Of a stretch of DNA of 37,320 nt, positions 17,820-26,360 are shown in pieces. The notes under the pieces were generated by a model that saw nothing but the letters and a program-made list of their open reading frames with translations, did not search any database and had not been told where the DNA came from. Made by a program: the position numbers and the translations under genes. This stretch comes from a virus (taxonomy: Duplodnaviria > Caudoviricetes): IMG/VR virus record IMGVR_UViG_3300020042_003876, positions 1 through 37,320 of that record. One strand, 5' to 3'. Every line of letters starts with the position of its first letter. Positions within the stretch are counted from its first letter, which is position 1.

Positions 17820-17971
17820 TGCGCGTACTTCATAACGGACTCAGGTTCCTCATTGCCCCGCTGCCCAAGAAGATCATTGAGGCTGGCGAGTACGTTACTG
17901 ACGATCTCACGGAGATCGAACTTCTAACTACTTTAGTTGAGGTTGGCGCTGTAGAAATTGTAGAAGAGTGA
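17819..17971 (+). CDS. Small protein (50 aa) absent from the ORF track
   Basis: MRVLHNGLRFLIAPLPKKIIEAGEYV...VEIVEE; GGAGG RBS; TGATG and GTGA overlaps on both sides. Confidence 0.7.
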   Translation: MRVLHNGLRFLIAPLPKKIIEAGEYVTDDLTEIELLTTLVEVGAVEIVEE

Positions 17972-18222
17972 CGTACATTCTTCGACCACCGACAGTGGAA
18001 GAAAAGGTGGGTAGACCATACGCCTTGTGGTGGCATGGTAACCGCCGTGGCATCAGTCTAGTTAAGACTGATGGTACTTGGGATGAGATTGATTTCCCTG
18101 ATGTTCTTCTGCTTGAAGAGGCTGACTCGTACTATCTGGGTGGGCATGAGTATGAACTTTCCCAAACTGAATACGATGATCTTGTTGCTGCCGGTTACGG
18201 CTATCTGATTGAAACGGTTTAG
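17968..18222 (+). CDS. Hypothetical virion-region protein
   Basis: 84 aa, containing YYLGGHEY...LVAAGY; coupled start. Confidence 0.7.
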   Translation: MTYILRPPTVEEKVGRPYALWWHGNRRGISLVKTDGTWDEIDFPDVLLLEEADSYYLGGHEYELSQTEYDDLVAAGYGYLIETV

Positions 18223-18230
18223 GAGTTTCT

Positions 18231-19118
18231 GTGACTACATTCAATAACCTTATTGATGACGCATTAACCATGTTGCATGGCTATGTGCGTAATCAGGAAC
18301 AGACAACTTGGTTGACTGCTGCTCTCGATTCTTCCGCTATTACGCTGAGCGTAAACAATGGTGCAAGGGTCGGCATGGGCCGTGTAGAGATTGATGACGA
18401 GCTGGTGTTTGTTGATTCGATTACTGGTTCTACTGTTGCTCTTGCCCCTTGGGGACGTGGCATAGATGGTACTACTGCAGCTTCTCACGTAATCAATTCT
18501 AAGGTGACGTTCACTCCACTGTTTCCCCGTAGTCAGGTGAAGGTTCAACTAAATAACACTATTAATGCTGTTGGTAGGCAAATTCAAGTTCCGTCTTATA
18601 CTACTTTTTCTTTTGTTGCACCGCGTACTACGTACGCTTTGCCTGCTGATGTGGATGCTGTGTCTGAGGTGTCGTGGCAGGTTGTTGGTCCTTCTCGTTT
18701 GTGGCAGAAGGCTAAGCGGTGGACGTACAATCAGGTTGCTAATACTACTGAGTGGCCTACGGGTAAAACGGTTGACATTTTTGATTCGATCACGCCGGGG
18801 CGTACGGTTCAGGTGAACTATTTTAAGGACCCTTCTGGGTTATCTTCTGGCTCTGACACTCTTGAAACTACTGCTGGTTTGCCTGCTTCTTGTCGTGACG
18901 TGGTTGTTCTTGGAGCTGTAGCGAAACTGTTGTCTGCCGTGGATGCTTCGCTTCTTGATCAGAATTCTGTAGCTGCTGGTTTCTTTGATGAGAAGCGTCA
19001 GCCGGGTTCCGGTTCTACTGTTGCCCGTACTATTTATGCACTGTATCAGCAACGGCTTTCTGAAGAGATTGACCGTTTCCGTAACCAGTATCCGACACCT
19101 GTTCATTACCGGAGGTAA
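18231..19118 (+). CDS. Tail adaptor / tubular protein A-like
   Basis: AGGAG RBS; position between the head and fibre genes; contains an IDDELV...RGIDGTTAASH beta module. Confidence 0.6.
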   Translation: MTTFNNLIDDALTMLHGYVRNQEQTTWLTAALDSSAITLSVNNGARVGMGRVEIDDELVFVDSITGSTVALAPWGRGIDGTTAASHVINSKVTFTPLFPRSQVKVQLNNTINAVGRQIQVPSYTTFSFVAPRTTYALPADVDAVSEVSWQVVGPSRLWQKAKRWTYNQVANTTEWPTGKTVDIFDSITPGRTVQVNYFKDPSGLSSGSDTLETTAGLPASCRDVVVLGAVAKLLSAVDASLLDQNSVAAGFFDEKRQPGSGSTVARTIYALYQQRLSEEIDRFRNQYPTPVHYRR

Positions 19119-19121
19119 CCC

Positions 19122-20561
19122 GTGGCTCGCCGTTATTATTCTTCTAATGCTGTTTCTACTACTCTTTCTTCAAGCATCAACAACACTGATCTTAGTATCA
19201 CTGTTGCTTTAGCAACGGGATACCCTGCTACTTTTCCTTTTACCATTCTTATAGATGATGGTGTTGCAGGTAAGGAGGAGTTGTGTGAGGTTAGCGCAAC
19301 AACTAGTAGTGCCAGCACAATGACGTTTACTGTTACTCGTGGCGTTGATACCACTACTGCCGTGTCCCATACTGCTGGCGCTACAGTTAAACTGGGTGTG
19401 TCTGCCCGTGATTTTGATGAGGCTAACGCTCACGTTAATGCTTCTACTGGTGTGCATAGTGTTACTGGTTCTGTTGTGGGTACTACGGATACGCAGACGT
19501 TGACGAATAAAACTCTTACTTCTCCTACGATCAGTTCTCCTACTGTTACTTCTTCTCTAATCCTTGATACTGGTGCGGCTATTGTTTTTGAGGGTTCTAC
19601 CGCTGACGCTTTTGAGACTACGTTGACGGTAACTAATCCTACTGCCGACCGTACAGTTACTATTCCTGACGCTACGACTACTCTTGTTGGTACGGATACT
19701 ACTCAGACTCTCACCAATAAGACGTTGACGTCCCCCGCTGTCGGCACCTCTTTGATTCTTGATACTGCTGCAACTATTATTTTTGAGGGCGCTACTGCCA
19801 ACGCTTTTGAGACCACGCTGACAGTTACCGATCCTACCGCTGACCGTACGGTCACTATTCCTGATGCCACAACAACTCTTGTCGGAACAAATACCACCGA
19901 CACTTTGACCAACAAAAGCATTAGTGGTTCTACCAATACGTTGACTGCAATTCCTTTGACTACTGCCGTGACTGGTTCACTTCCTGTTGCTAATGGTGGT
20001 ACTGGTTTAGCAACTTTGACATCAAAAGGTGTGACTGTAGGTAACGGTACCTCTACTCCAACATTTGTCACTGGTACGGCCCAGCAGGTTCTCAAGTTTG
20101 ATGCCTCCGGTAATCCGGCTTCCGGTTCTCTTGATTTAACAAACTCTGCTTCGGCTTCGGCAACATGGACTTCGTACACCCCAACTTTGACTGCCTCAAC
20201 CACTGACCCGACTTTGGGGACTGGTGGCACAGCGGTGGGCGCATACATTCAGATCGGCAAGATCGTGCATTTCCGTGCCCAAATAACTTTTGGTGGCGCG
20301 AGCAGGGCTGTCGGTACCGGCACCTACCGCATTGCGCTTCCCGTGACGGCAGCATCATCGACTCAGCAAGTTGTTGCTATGCAGTTTTTATGTGCGGGCA
20401 ACTTTTACCGAGCTATCGGTCAGATTAATGCTTCGGGTACCACGATTATTGCTATTCGATACGGTGACGCTGGTACTACGCTTCAGGCTGGAAGTACCTT
20501 GCCTGCTGCGTGGGCTAACGCCGACTTCTTTACCGCTACGGGCACATACGAGGCGGCATAG
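19122..20561 (+). CDS. Tail fibre protein
   Basis: Thr-rich, with TLTNKT repeats, LPVANGGTG and a C-terminal WTSYTPTL...YIQIGKIV receptor-binding-type domain. Confidence 0.8.
   Translation: MARRYYSSNAVSTTLSSSINNTDLSITVALATGYPATFPFTILIDDGVAGKEELCEVSATTSSASTMTFTVTRGVDTTTAVSHTAGATVKLGVSARDFDEANAHVNASTGVHSVTGSVVGTTDTQTLTNKTLTSPTISSPTVTSSLILDTGAAIVFEGSTADAFETTLTVTNPTADRTVTIPDATTTLVGTDTTQTLTNKTLTSPAVGTSLILDTAATIIFEGATANAFETTLTVTDPTADRTVTIPDATTTLVGTNTTDTLTNKSISGSTNTLTAIPLTTAVTGSLPVANGGTGLATLTSKGVTVGNGTSTPTFVTGTAQQVLKFDASGNPASGSLDLTNSASASATWTSYTPTLTASTTDPTLGTGGTAVGAYIQIGKIVHFRAQITFGGASRAVGTGTYRIALPVTAASSTQQVVAMQFLCAGNFYRAIGQINASGTTIIAIRYGDAGTTLQAGSTLPAAWANADFFTATGTYEAA
19476..19917 (+). repeat. Tandem ~65-70 aa duplication within the tail fibre
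   Basis: Two copies of TQTLTNKTLTSP...SLILDT...FEG.TA.AFETTLTVT.PTADRTVTIPDATTTLVGT plus a partial third; boundaries approximate. Confidence 0.85.
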
Positions 20562-22501
20562 TGACAACAGTTGATATCAGTCAAGATCCAGTATTTGGTA
20601 TAGGCTACTCGTCTACTTCTTCCTCCGGTAGCCTGTGGTCTAATAGTGGATTTCAGTATGAGTGGGCTGTAGCGGGTAAGCCTTTTCTGTCTGTCGCTTC
20701 AGACGAGTACCAGATGATTCGCTCTTTTGTTCAAGTAAACAAGCAACAGTTTGACAATAGGGATGATCCGGGAGAGCAAACTCTTACTGGATGGTGGATT
20801 CGTTCGCAACGAGATTTTAGTTGTGGCGCTGGTCAACTATTTTTTGAAGCAAATCAGGCACAACAGAGCCTTCAGGATGCGCGCGTTTTGCGCAAGTTTT
20901 ATTCTTCTCGCGGTGTGGATGTGTGGACTCCGGGTGAAGCAACCCTGCTTCCTGCTATGAGTCTTGTTTCTGGTTTCACTAGTGTTGGTACTACAGATAT
21001 TGTGTCTGCTGATGATGGCAGTACGTCATACATTTATGGTTTGACTGGTACTGGTGTAGCGAGTACACAGGTGAAGCGTTGGGATGGCACGACTGTTTCT
21101 GCTGTCACTGGCTGGACTGCTGCACCTACTTCTCTTGCTAGTACGGGTAACGCTGTTCTGGGTTTTCATTCTACTGGTATTGATATTTCTAACGCTAGTG
21201 GTTCTACGGTTACTCAACAGTGGACTCATGCTCTTGGTGCTGGGTACGGCTGGTGGGTTAAGGAACGTATTATTGCAGCTTTTGGTTCAGACTTGTATGC
21301 GCTCCCTCTTGGTCGCGCTACTGGTAGCGCACCTTTTGCTGTGATTACTAGCGGTGCGAGTACAGATAAGATTTGTGCCGGTGAAGGTGGATGGACGTGG
21401 ACTTCTGTCACTGCTGCTCCGGGTGCAATTCTTGCTGCTGGTTACCGTGGTTCTAGATCAGCTATCTACAGCTTTTCTGTTTCCAATACTGGGGTTGCTA
21501 CTCCTCTTTCTTCTCCCGTGACTGTTGCAGAGATGCCTAACGGTGAAGTAATTAAGGGTATCCGCGTGTATCTTGGGGCTTTTATTACTATTGTTACTAG
21601 CTCCGGTGTGCGTATCGGTACTGTTTCTGCTGATGGAACTGTCACGTTTGGTCCTTTAACTTACTCAAACAGTACAGTGTATGGCGATATTGCAGCATAT
21701 GACCGTTTTATTTACGTTGGTGCGTCTGATGTGGGTAACGGTACTGCTGGTTGTATCCGTATTGATCTTTCTGAAATGGATGATGCTGGTCGTTGCGCTT
21801 GGGCTAACGACGTTGATACTGGTGTTACTGGCGATGTCGATGCCGTGTACATGTTTGGCACTACTGACAGAGTGATTATTGGTATTAACGCTAGTGGTGT
21901 GTATCAGTCTAGTACAACTGTTCTTGCTGCTACTGGTGAACTTGTTACTTCAAAGATTCGTTACAGCACTCTTGAACCTAAAACTTTTCAACTCATGTCA
22001 GTTAAGGGAACTACAACTGACGGAACTATCGCTGTCTCTTCTCTAGATATTGATAATGATCCAACTTCTTTGTACACGTTGAGTTCTTCTAGTACGGCAG
22101 AGTTTGGTCTTAGCAATACTGATCCTGTCGAATACTTTTCTGCAAAGTTTTCTTTTACCCGTTCTAGCACTGATTCTACTAAGGGTCCAACTCTTCGAGG
22201 TTGGCAAACTAAAGCTCTTCCTGCGGTGACTCGTAAACAGCAGTGGCGTTTGCCTTTGCTGTGTTTCGATAATGAGCAGGATCGTTTCGGTAATAAGTCT
22301 GGTGCTAGCGGTAGTGGCTTGTCTCGCTATCAGGCTTTGCGTGCTGCATTGTTGACTGGTGTTCCTGTTATTTTGCAGGATCTTGTTGGCGGTGAGTCTT
22401 TTACTGTGCTTGTTGAGGATGTACAGTTTGTGCAAACTTCTCCTCCACGTAACGCTTCTGGTTTCGGTGGCGTAGCCATTATCGTGTGCCGGGAGTTGTA
22501 A
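20561..22501 (+). CDS. Tail nozzle / tubular protein B-like
   Basis: 646 aa, beta-strand-rich (propeller-like), last structural gene before the lysis genes. Confidence 0.6.
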   Translation: MTTVDISQDPVFGIGYSSTSSSGSLWSNSGFQYEWAVAGKPFLSVASDEYQMIRSFVQVNKQQFDNRDDPGEQTLTGWWIRSQRDFSCGAGQLFFEANQAQQSLQDARVLRKFYSSRGVDVWTPGEATLLPAMSLVSGFTSVGTTDIVSADDGSTSYIYGLTGTGVASTQVKRWDGTTVSAVTGWTAAPTSLASTGNAVLGFHSTGIDISNASGSTVTQQWTHALGAGYGWWVKERIIAAFGSDLYALPLGRATGSAPFAVITSGASTDKICAGEGGWTWTSVTAAPGAILAAGYRGSRSAIYSFSVSNTGVATPLSSPVTVAEMPNGEVIKGIRVYLGAFITIVTSSGVRIGTVSADGTVTFGPLTYSNSTVYGDIAAYDRFIYVGASDVGNGTAGCIRIDLSEMDDAGRCAWANDVDTGVTGDVDAVYMFGTTDRVIIGINASGVYQSSTTVLAATGELVTSKIRYSTLEPKTFQLMSVKGTTTDGTIAVSSLDIDNDPTSLYTLSSSSTAEFGLSNTDPVEYFSAKFSFTRSSTDSTKGPTLRGWQTKALPAVTRKQQWRLPLLCFDNEQDRFGNKSGASGSGLSRYQALRAALLTGVPVILQDLVGGESFTVLVEDVQFVQTSPPRNASGFGGVAIIVCREL

Positions 22502-22731
22502 TGCCTGAATGGTTAGATTCTCCGGGCGAACTGTTTACTATCATTTCGATTGTTGGAGCGTGCATGGGTGCGTTGCTTTGGATAATTCGTTCACAGATAG
22601 GCATGTCTAAAGAGTTTCGTCCTAACGGTGGTGGTTCTACCCGTGATGCGCTGGATCGCATTGAGCGCAAGTTAGATAATGTTGAGAGTAAGATTGATGG
22701 TCACATTGAGTGGCATTTGGATAATAGGTAG
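22501..22731 (+). CDS. Membrane protein with coiled coil (lysis accessory / holin-like)
   Basis: One TM helix, then PNGGGSTRDALDRIE; TAATG coupling and GGGAG RBS support ATG 22501. Confidence 0.7.
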   Translation: MPEWLDSPGELFTIISIVGACMGALLWIIRSQIGMSKEFRPNGGGSTRDALDRIERKLDNVESKIDGHIEWHLDNR

Positions 22732-22745
22732 AAGGATGGGACATC

Positions 22746-23018
22746 ATGTCTGTTATTGAGAAGGTGCAACTATGGTATGCAAGGTCTCCGATTGCGTCAG
22801 CAGTGAAGAGTTTTGCTGTGGTGGTAGTTACGCTTGCGGTTGCGGAGTGGGTGAAGTTGGGGTCGATAGACTTCGCAGCGTGGCAGACGTGGACGATTGC
22901 GGCTCTGGCTTCTGCGATTGTTCCGGCTCTTAACGCTTTGAATCCTGCCGATAAAAGGTACGGGAAAACTTACGGGTTTGTTGACCCGTCTGATGCTGGC
23001 CCGGATGGTGAGAAGTGA
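22746..23018 (+). CDS. Holin
   Basis: Two hydrophobic segments and LNPADKRYG, immediately before the endolysin. Confidence 0.7.
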   Translation: MSVIEKVQLWYARSPIASAVKSFAVVVVTLAVAEWVKLGSIDFAAWQTWTIAALASAIVPALNALNPADKRYGKTYGFVDPSDAGPDGEK

Positions 23019-23653
23019 AGCAACCTACTGCTGCTGAGGTGAAGAAGTCACTTATTAAGTGGCTTGGTAAGAACAATGTGGTGTTTAAGCCGGGTTGGGA
23101 TAAGCGTGGCCGTCAGTGGTCTGGTGGTGTGCGTGGCGTGATGGTGCATGATCTGGTTGGTGTGGATCAGGGCGCGATTGATTGGACTAATGCAGCGGGT
23201 GAATCTATGCCGTACTGCAATAGTGTGACTACTGCCGATGGCAAGGTCATTATCAATTCGGTGTTGTCTGTTTGGCATAGCGGCACTGGTGGCCCTTGGC
23301 CTAAGGCTGACGTGCCTAAGGATCAGGCTTCTTATTTCATTTGGGGCATTGAACATGCCGTGTGGGGTAAGAAGGTTGATGAGTACACGCCTGCGATGAT
23401 CGATGCTACGGCTAAGACGGTGTGTGCTATCCGTGAGGTTGCTGGTGATGCTTGGCCTAAGCGGTATCCGTGGCAGCGTCTGGTCCGTCATGCTTCGTGG
23501 ACTGATGGCGGTAAGGAGCTTGGTTTGTCTTATTATCTTTCGACTCGTGGTCGGAAGGTGGATACTTTGCGTGACTTGGTTTTGTGGCGTAAAGAGGCTA
23601 GGGACTGTTGGGATAAGGGAACTAAGCAAGAACACTATGTTACTGAGCAGTAA
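23015..23653 (+). CDS. Endolysin, N-acetylmuramoyl-L-alanine amidase (Amidase_2-type)
   Basis: VMVH, WHSG, WGIE, LVRH..W and RKVD zinc-amidase motifs. Confidence 0.8.
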   Translation: MKQPTAAEVKKSLIKWLGKNNVVFKPGWDKRGRQWSGGVRGVMVHDLVGVDQGAIDWTNAAGESMPYCNSVTTADGKVIINSVLSVWHSGTGGPWPKADVPKDQASYFIWGIEHAVWGKKVDEYTPAMIDATAKTVCAIREVAGDAWPKRYPWQRLVRHASWTDGGKELGLSYYLSTRGRKVDTLRDLVLWRKEARDCWDKGTKQEHYVTEQ

Positions 23654-23685
23654 CTTATAGAGCCATTCTAAGGCTCTGACAGATC

Positions 23686-23719
23686 GACCCCTACTGGACA
23701 TACCAGTGGGGGTCTTTTT
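23686..23719 (+). terminator. Intrinsic terminator of the late operon
   Basis: GACCCCTACTGG-ACATA-CCAGTGGGGGTC followed by TTTTT. Confidence 0.85.
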
Positions 23720-23793
23720 GTCGTTGTACGGCCCTTCTAGGGGCCTTTAAAGGGCATTGTGGTGTGTGTCTGTGACCCTCACGGGTCTATTAG

Positions 23794-23811
23794 TATTATA
23801 TATATATAATA
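23794..23811. repeat. Perfect 18-bp AT-only palindrome
   Basis: TATTATATATATATAATA. Confidence 0.85.
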
Positions 23812-23841
23812 AATTATACTACGACATACAAACACCCTGAC

Positions 23842-23870
23842 AGTCTAATCAGCTTTAGGTCCCCCGTCAA
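23842..23870 (-). promoter_or_regulatory. Leftward SigA-type promoter with no downstream gene
   Basis: TTGACG-17 nt-TAGACT on the minus strand. Confidence 0.6.
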
Positions 23871-23872
23871 GG

Positions 23873-23892
23873 CGACACGCCGACGACACGCC
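23873..23892 (+). repeat. CGACACGCC direct repeat with 11-bp period
   Basis: Copies at 23873-23881 and 23884-23892, between divergent promoters. Confidence 0.75.
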
Positions 23893-23909
23893 CAAGAAAC
23901 TGTCGGTCC

Positions 23910-23937
23910 TTGCAATGTCAGCCTACCATGCTACGTT
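23910..23937 (+). promoter_or_regulatory. Leaderless promoter of the replication operon (RecA-NDp/PafBC-type)
   Basis: TGTCAG (23916-21)-N10-TACGTT (23932-37), extended -10 TG, 6 nt to ATG 23944 and no SD. An alternative -35, TTGCAA, lies at 23910-15. Confidence 0.65.
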
Positions 23938-23943
23938 ACGGAT

Positions 23944-24783
23944 ATGGATAAGCCAACACTTAAAGAATTGACAGGTAGGAACCACGTATCCTACAGCAGT
24001 TTCGACACATACCAGCAGTGCGGAGAAAAGTTCCGACTCACTCGTGTCCTACAGGTAGAAGAAGGGGACGCATGGTGGTTCTACGGCGGTACAGCATTCC
24101 ATACCGCAGCAGAATGGTGGGATCTTGGAGATGCACACACTATTCCAGAAATCTGGAAGGGTGCATGGGACAAGGCTACAGAGAACCTTGATCCGAAGAA
24201 AGATATTCGTGCAGGTGGACGTGCAACGAAAGCGTACCCCGATAAGGAGAACGCTGCATGGTGGAACGATCATGGCCCCAAGATGGTCGAAGACTATGTA
24301 AAGTGGCGCGATACATCCGGTTGGGAAATCTATACCGACAACGGTGTCCCGTTCGTTGAATGGGAATTCACTGTGTCTCTGCCCCGTGAGGGCAAGGATG
24401 AGGTTGCCGTTAAGGGTTTCATTGACAGGGTGTTTGTTAATCCTGAAGGTGAACTGATTGTCTGCGATTTGAAAACAGGCAGTCGTGAACCTGCATCAAC
24501 TACACAGCTAGGAACGTACGCTGTGGCTATGGGTCAGCGCGGTGGGGTATCTCCCCTGTTGGGTTGCTACTACATGTCCCGTAAGGGCGACGTGTCGGCT
24601 ACTCGTTCACTGATTCATTACACGCCAGACATGCTCGCATACTGGCTTGGTTCGTTTGCCGATTCTGTCCGTGATGAAAGGTTTATTCCTAACGTCAGTT
24701 CGATGTGCCAGTCGTGTATGGTTGCACCGTCATGCTATGCTGTCGGCGGTAGCGCCCCATATGCCCTTCCCTTTCAAAAATAA
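23944..24783 (+). CDS. Cas4/RecB-like PD-(D/E)XK exonuclease
   Basis: SYSS..TY..C, GTAFH, GFIDRV, DLKTG, QLGTY and C-terminal CxxC-x5-C. Confidence 0.88.
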   Translation: MDKPTLKELTGRNHVSYSSFDTYQQCGEKFRLTRVLQVEEGDAWWFYGGTAFHTAAEWWDLGDAHTIPEIWKGAWDKATENLDPKKDIRAGGRATKAYPDKENAAWWNDHGPKMVEDYVKWRDTSGWEIYTDNGVPFVEWEFTVSLPREGKDEVAVKGFIDRVFVNPEGELIVCDLKTGSREPASTTQLGTYAVAMGQRGGVSPLLGCYYMSRKGDVSATRSLIHYTPDMLAYWLGSFADSVRDERFIPNVSSMCQSCMVAPSCYAVGGSAPYALPFQK

Positions 24784-24795
24784 TCAGGAGTAAAC

Positions 24796-25230
24796 ATGAC
24801 TCATCAAGAAGCACCTATCAGTTTTACTACGAAGATTAACGGCGACTTGCTTACGTTTCGTGCAAGCACGCCAGCAGAATTTGTTGCACTAGCCGACGCA
24901 GCAGTATCTGATCCGACGTTTGCTATGGCTGTCAGTTTGATTCAGAACTTGAACACTGAGTTCGCTGTCACCACCCTTGGTGGCACAGTGATTGCTGAAG
25001 AACCAGTTAATCAGTGGACTCCATCGGAAGCACCAGCACCTGTAACACCTACTGCCCCCGCTAATCCGTGGGCTGCACCGCAGCAGGCTGCACCATTGTG
25101 TGAGCATGGTCAGCCGATGAAGCTCGTGCCCGCTGGGGTATCGAAGCGTACAGGTAAGCCGTTCAAGGCTTTCTATTGCTGTGCTAATCCTTCACAGGAA
25201 TCACAGTGCAAGAAAACCGTAGCAGTTTAA
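24796..25230 (+). CDS. Putative ssDNA-binding/recombination protein with C-terminal Zn finger
   Basis: Pro/Ala linker, then CEHG..M....GVSKRTGKP..AFYC......C; lies between the nuclease and helicase; AGGAG RBS. Confidence 0.55.
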   Translation: MTHQEAPISFTTKINGDLLTFRASTPAEFVALADAAVSDPTFAMAVSLIQNLNTEFAVTTLGGTVIAEEPVNQWTPSEAPAPVTPTAPANPWAAPQQAAPLCEHGQPMKLVPAGVSKRTGKPFKAFYCCANPSQESQCKKTVAV

Positions 25231-25234
25231 CCAT

Positions 25235-25381
25235 ATGACTAATTGCGTGAACGCTGTGCAGTCTGATATCGGCAATCAGGCTGCACAGCTATGCGATTGC
25301 ATTGCCGGATGCGTGAATTGCGGCAACGACGACGGTCCATACCGTGTATGCCTAGACTGTTTAGAGAAAATCGGTGACTAA
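25235..25381 (+). CDS. Possible Cys-rich small protein (48 aa)
   Basis: MTNCVNAVQSDIGNQAAQLCDCIAGCVNCGNDDGPYRVCLDCLEKIGD; fills the gap but has no clear SD and overlaps a long hairpin. Confidence 0.45.
   Translation: MTNCVNAVQSDIGNQAAQLCDCIAGCVNCGNDDGPYRVCLDCLEKIGD
25241..25298 (+). other. Long RNA hairpin (~24 bp)
   Basis: GCTGTGCAGTCTGAT (25253-67)/ATCAGGCTGCACAGC (25275-89) plus lower stem AATTGCGTG/TATGCGATT. Confidence 0.65.
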
Positions 25382-25383
25382 TA

Positions 25384-26163
25384 ATGCGGAGTCTGCATAG
25401 GACAATCCTTACAGGCAACAGATCAGCGGCCACACTGCCGCCAGTATATAACTCGTTAGCTGCACGACAGATACATCCCCGCCGTGGTGAAGTGTCCATG
25501 ATCGCTGGACCTCCCGGAGCAGGAAAATCCACACTCGCCCTTCACTGGGCATGGTTAGCAAACAGGCCGACACTGTACTTCTCTGCCGACACGCACGAAT
25601 TCACGATGAGCCTACGCTTAGCGTCCATGATTACAGACACAGAACAGCAAGTCATTGAACCTATGATGGCTGACTCTGCGTGGGCATCAGACGTTATCTC
25701 TAGAGCATCACACATCAAGTGGTGTTTCGAGTCAGCACCATCCCTCGCTGATATTGAGTTAGAGATTGAAGCATTCTACGAGTTGAATGGGCAATACCCT
25801 GAACTCGTAGTGGTGGACAATTTGCTTGACTGTACCCACAGTGACGGTGATGAATGGGCTTCTATGCGTAGCCTGCTTCGTGAGTTTAAATGGTGGGCGC
25901 GGGAGACTGGCGCAGCTTTCCTTGTATTGCATCATACTTCTGAAGCGGTGAGCGGTAACCCTGCTCCTCCTCGTAGTGCAATTCAGGGCAAGGTTGCTCA
26001 GACTCCTGCGCTCATCCTCACTGTAGCGAATACGACTGAGGGTTTCATGTGTGTTGCCCCTGTGAAGAATCGTTACGGGCCTGCTGACCCGTCTGGCACT
26101 AACGTTACTTGGTTAGTGTATGAGCCTGCACGTATGCACTTGGGCGATATGGAGACGCGATGA
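25384..26163 (+). CDS. DnaB-like (SF4) helicase ATPase domain
   Basis: Walker A GPPGAGKS, LYFSAD, VVVDNL, LVLHH and KNRYGP. Confidence 0.88.
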   Translation: MRSLHRTILTGNRSAATLPPVYNSLAARQIHPRRGEVSMIAGPPGAGKSTLALHWAWLANRPTLYFSADTHEFTMSLRLASMITDTEQQVIEPMMADSAWASDVISRASHIKWCFESAPSLADIELEIEAFYELNGQYPELVVVDNLLDCTHSDGDEWASMRSLLREFKWWARETGAAFLVLHHTSEAVSGNPAPPRSAIQGKVAQTPALILTVANTTEGFMCVAPVKNRYGPADPSGTNVTWLVYEPARMHLGDMETR

Positions 26164-26360
26164 GCCACGACCCATTATGTATCAACGTTCCGTTACATTT
26201 CGTGGAAGATTGTGTCATGTGCAGGATTATAGCCAAAGTGCGCGAGGATGAGATAGAGCAAGCTGTCACGCGAGTAAGGAAAGCTTGGGAAAAGTGGCAC
26301 GCTTTCCTCCCTGCTGAAAAACACATGATGCTACAAGCAGTCAGAGGGGAACCGTGGTGA
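26160..26360 (+). CDS. Hypothetical protein
   Basis: GGAG RBS, ATGA overlap; HDPLC...CxxCxxIAKVREDE. Confidence 0.7.
   Translation: MSHDPLCINVPLHFVEDCVMCRIIAKVREDEIEQAVTRVRKAWEKWHAFLPAEKHMMLQAVRGEPW

Noticed and set aside
19476-19917. Diversity-generating retroelement TR/VR pair
   Set aside because: The repeats are tandem in-frame duplications with synonymous differences not limited to adenines, and there is no reverse transcriptase.
23048-23701. 217-aa minus-strand ORF opposite the endolysin
   Set aside because: It is an antisense shadow with no RBS or motifs. T-rich third positions produce many such shadows (e.g. 1089-1661, 5624-6343, 8062-8610, 19703-20248).
23944-24783. CRISPR-Cas system suggested by the Cas4-like gene
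   Set aside because: I found no repeat-spacer array and no other cas gene; solo Cas4-like nucleases are common in phage replication modules.
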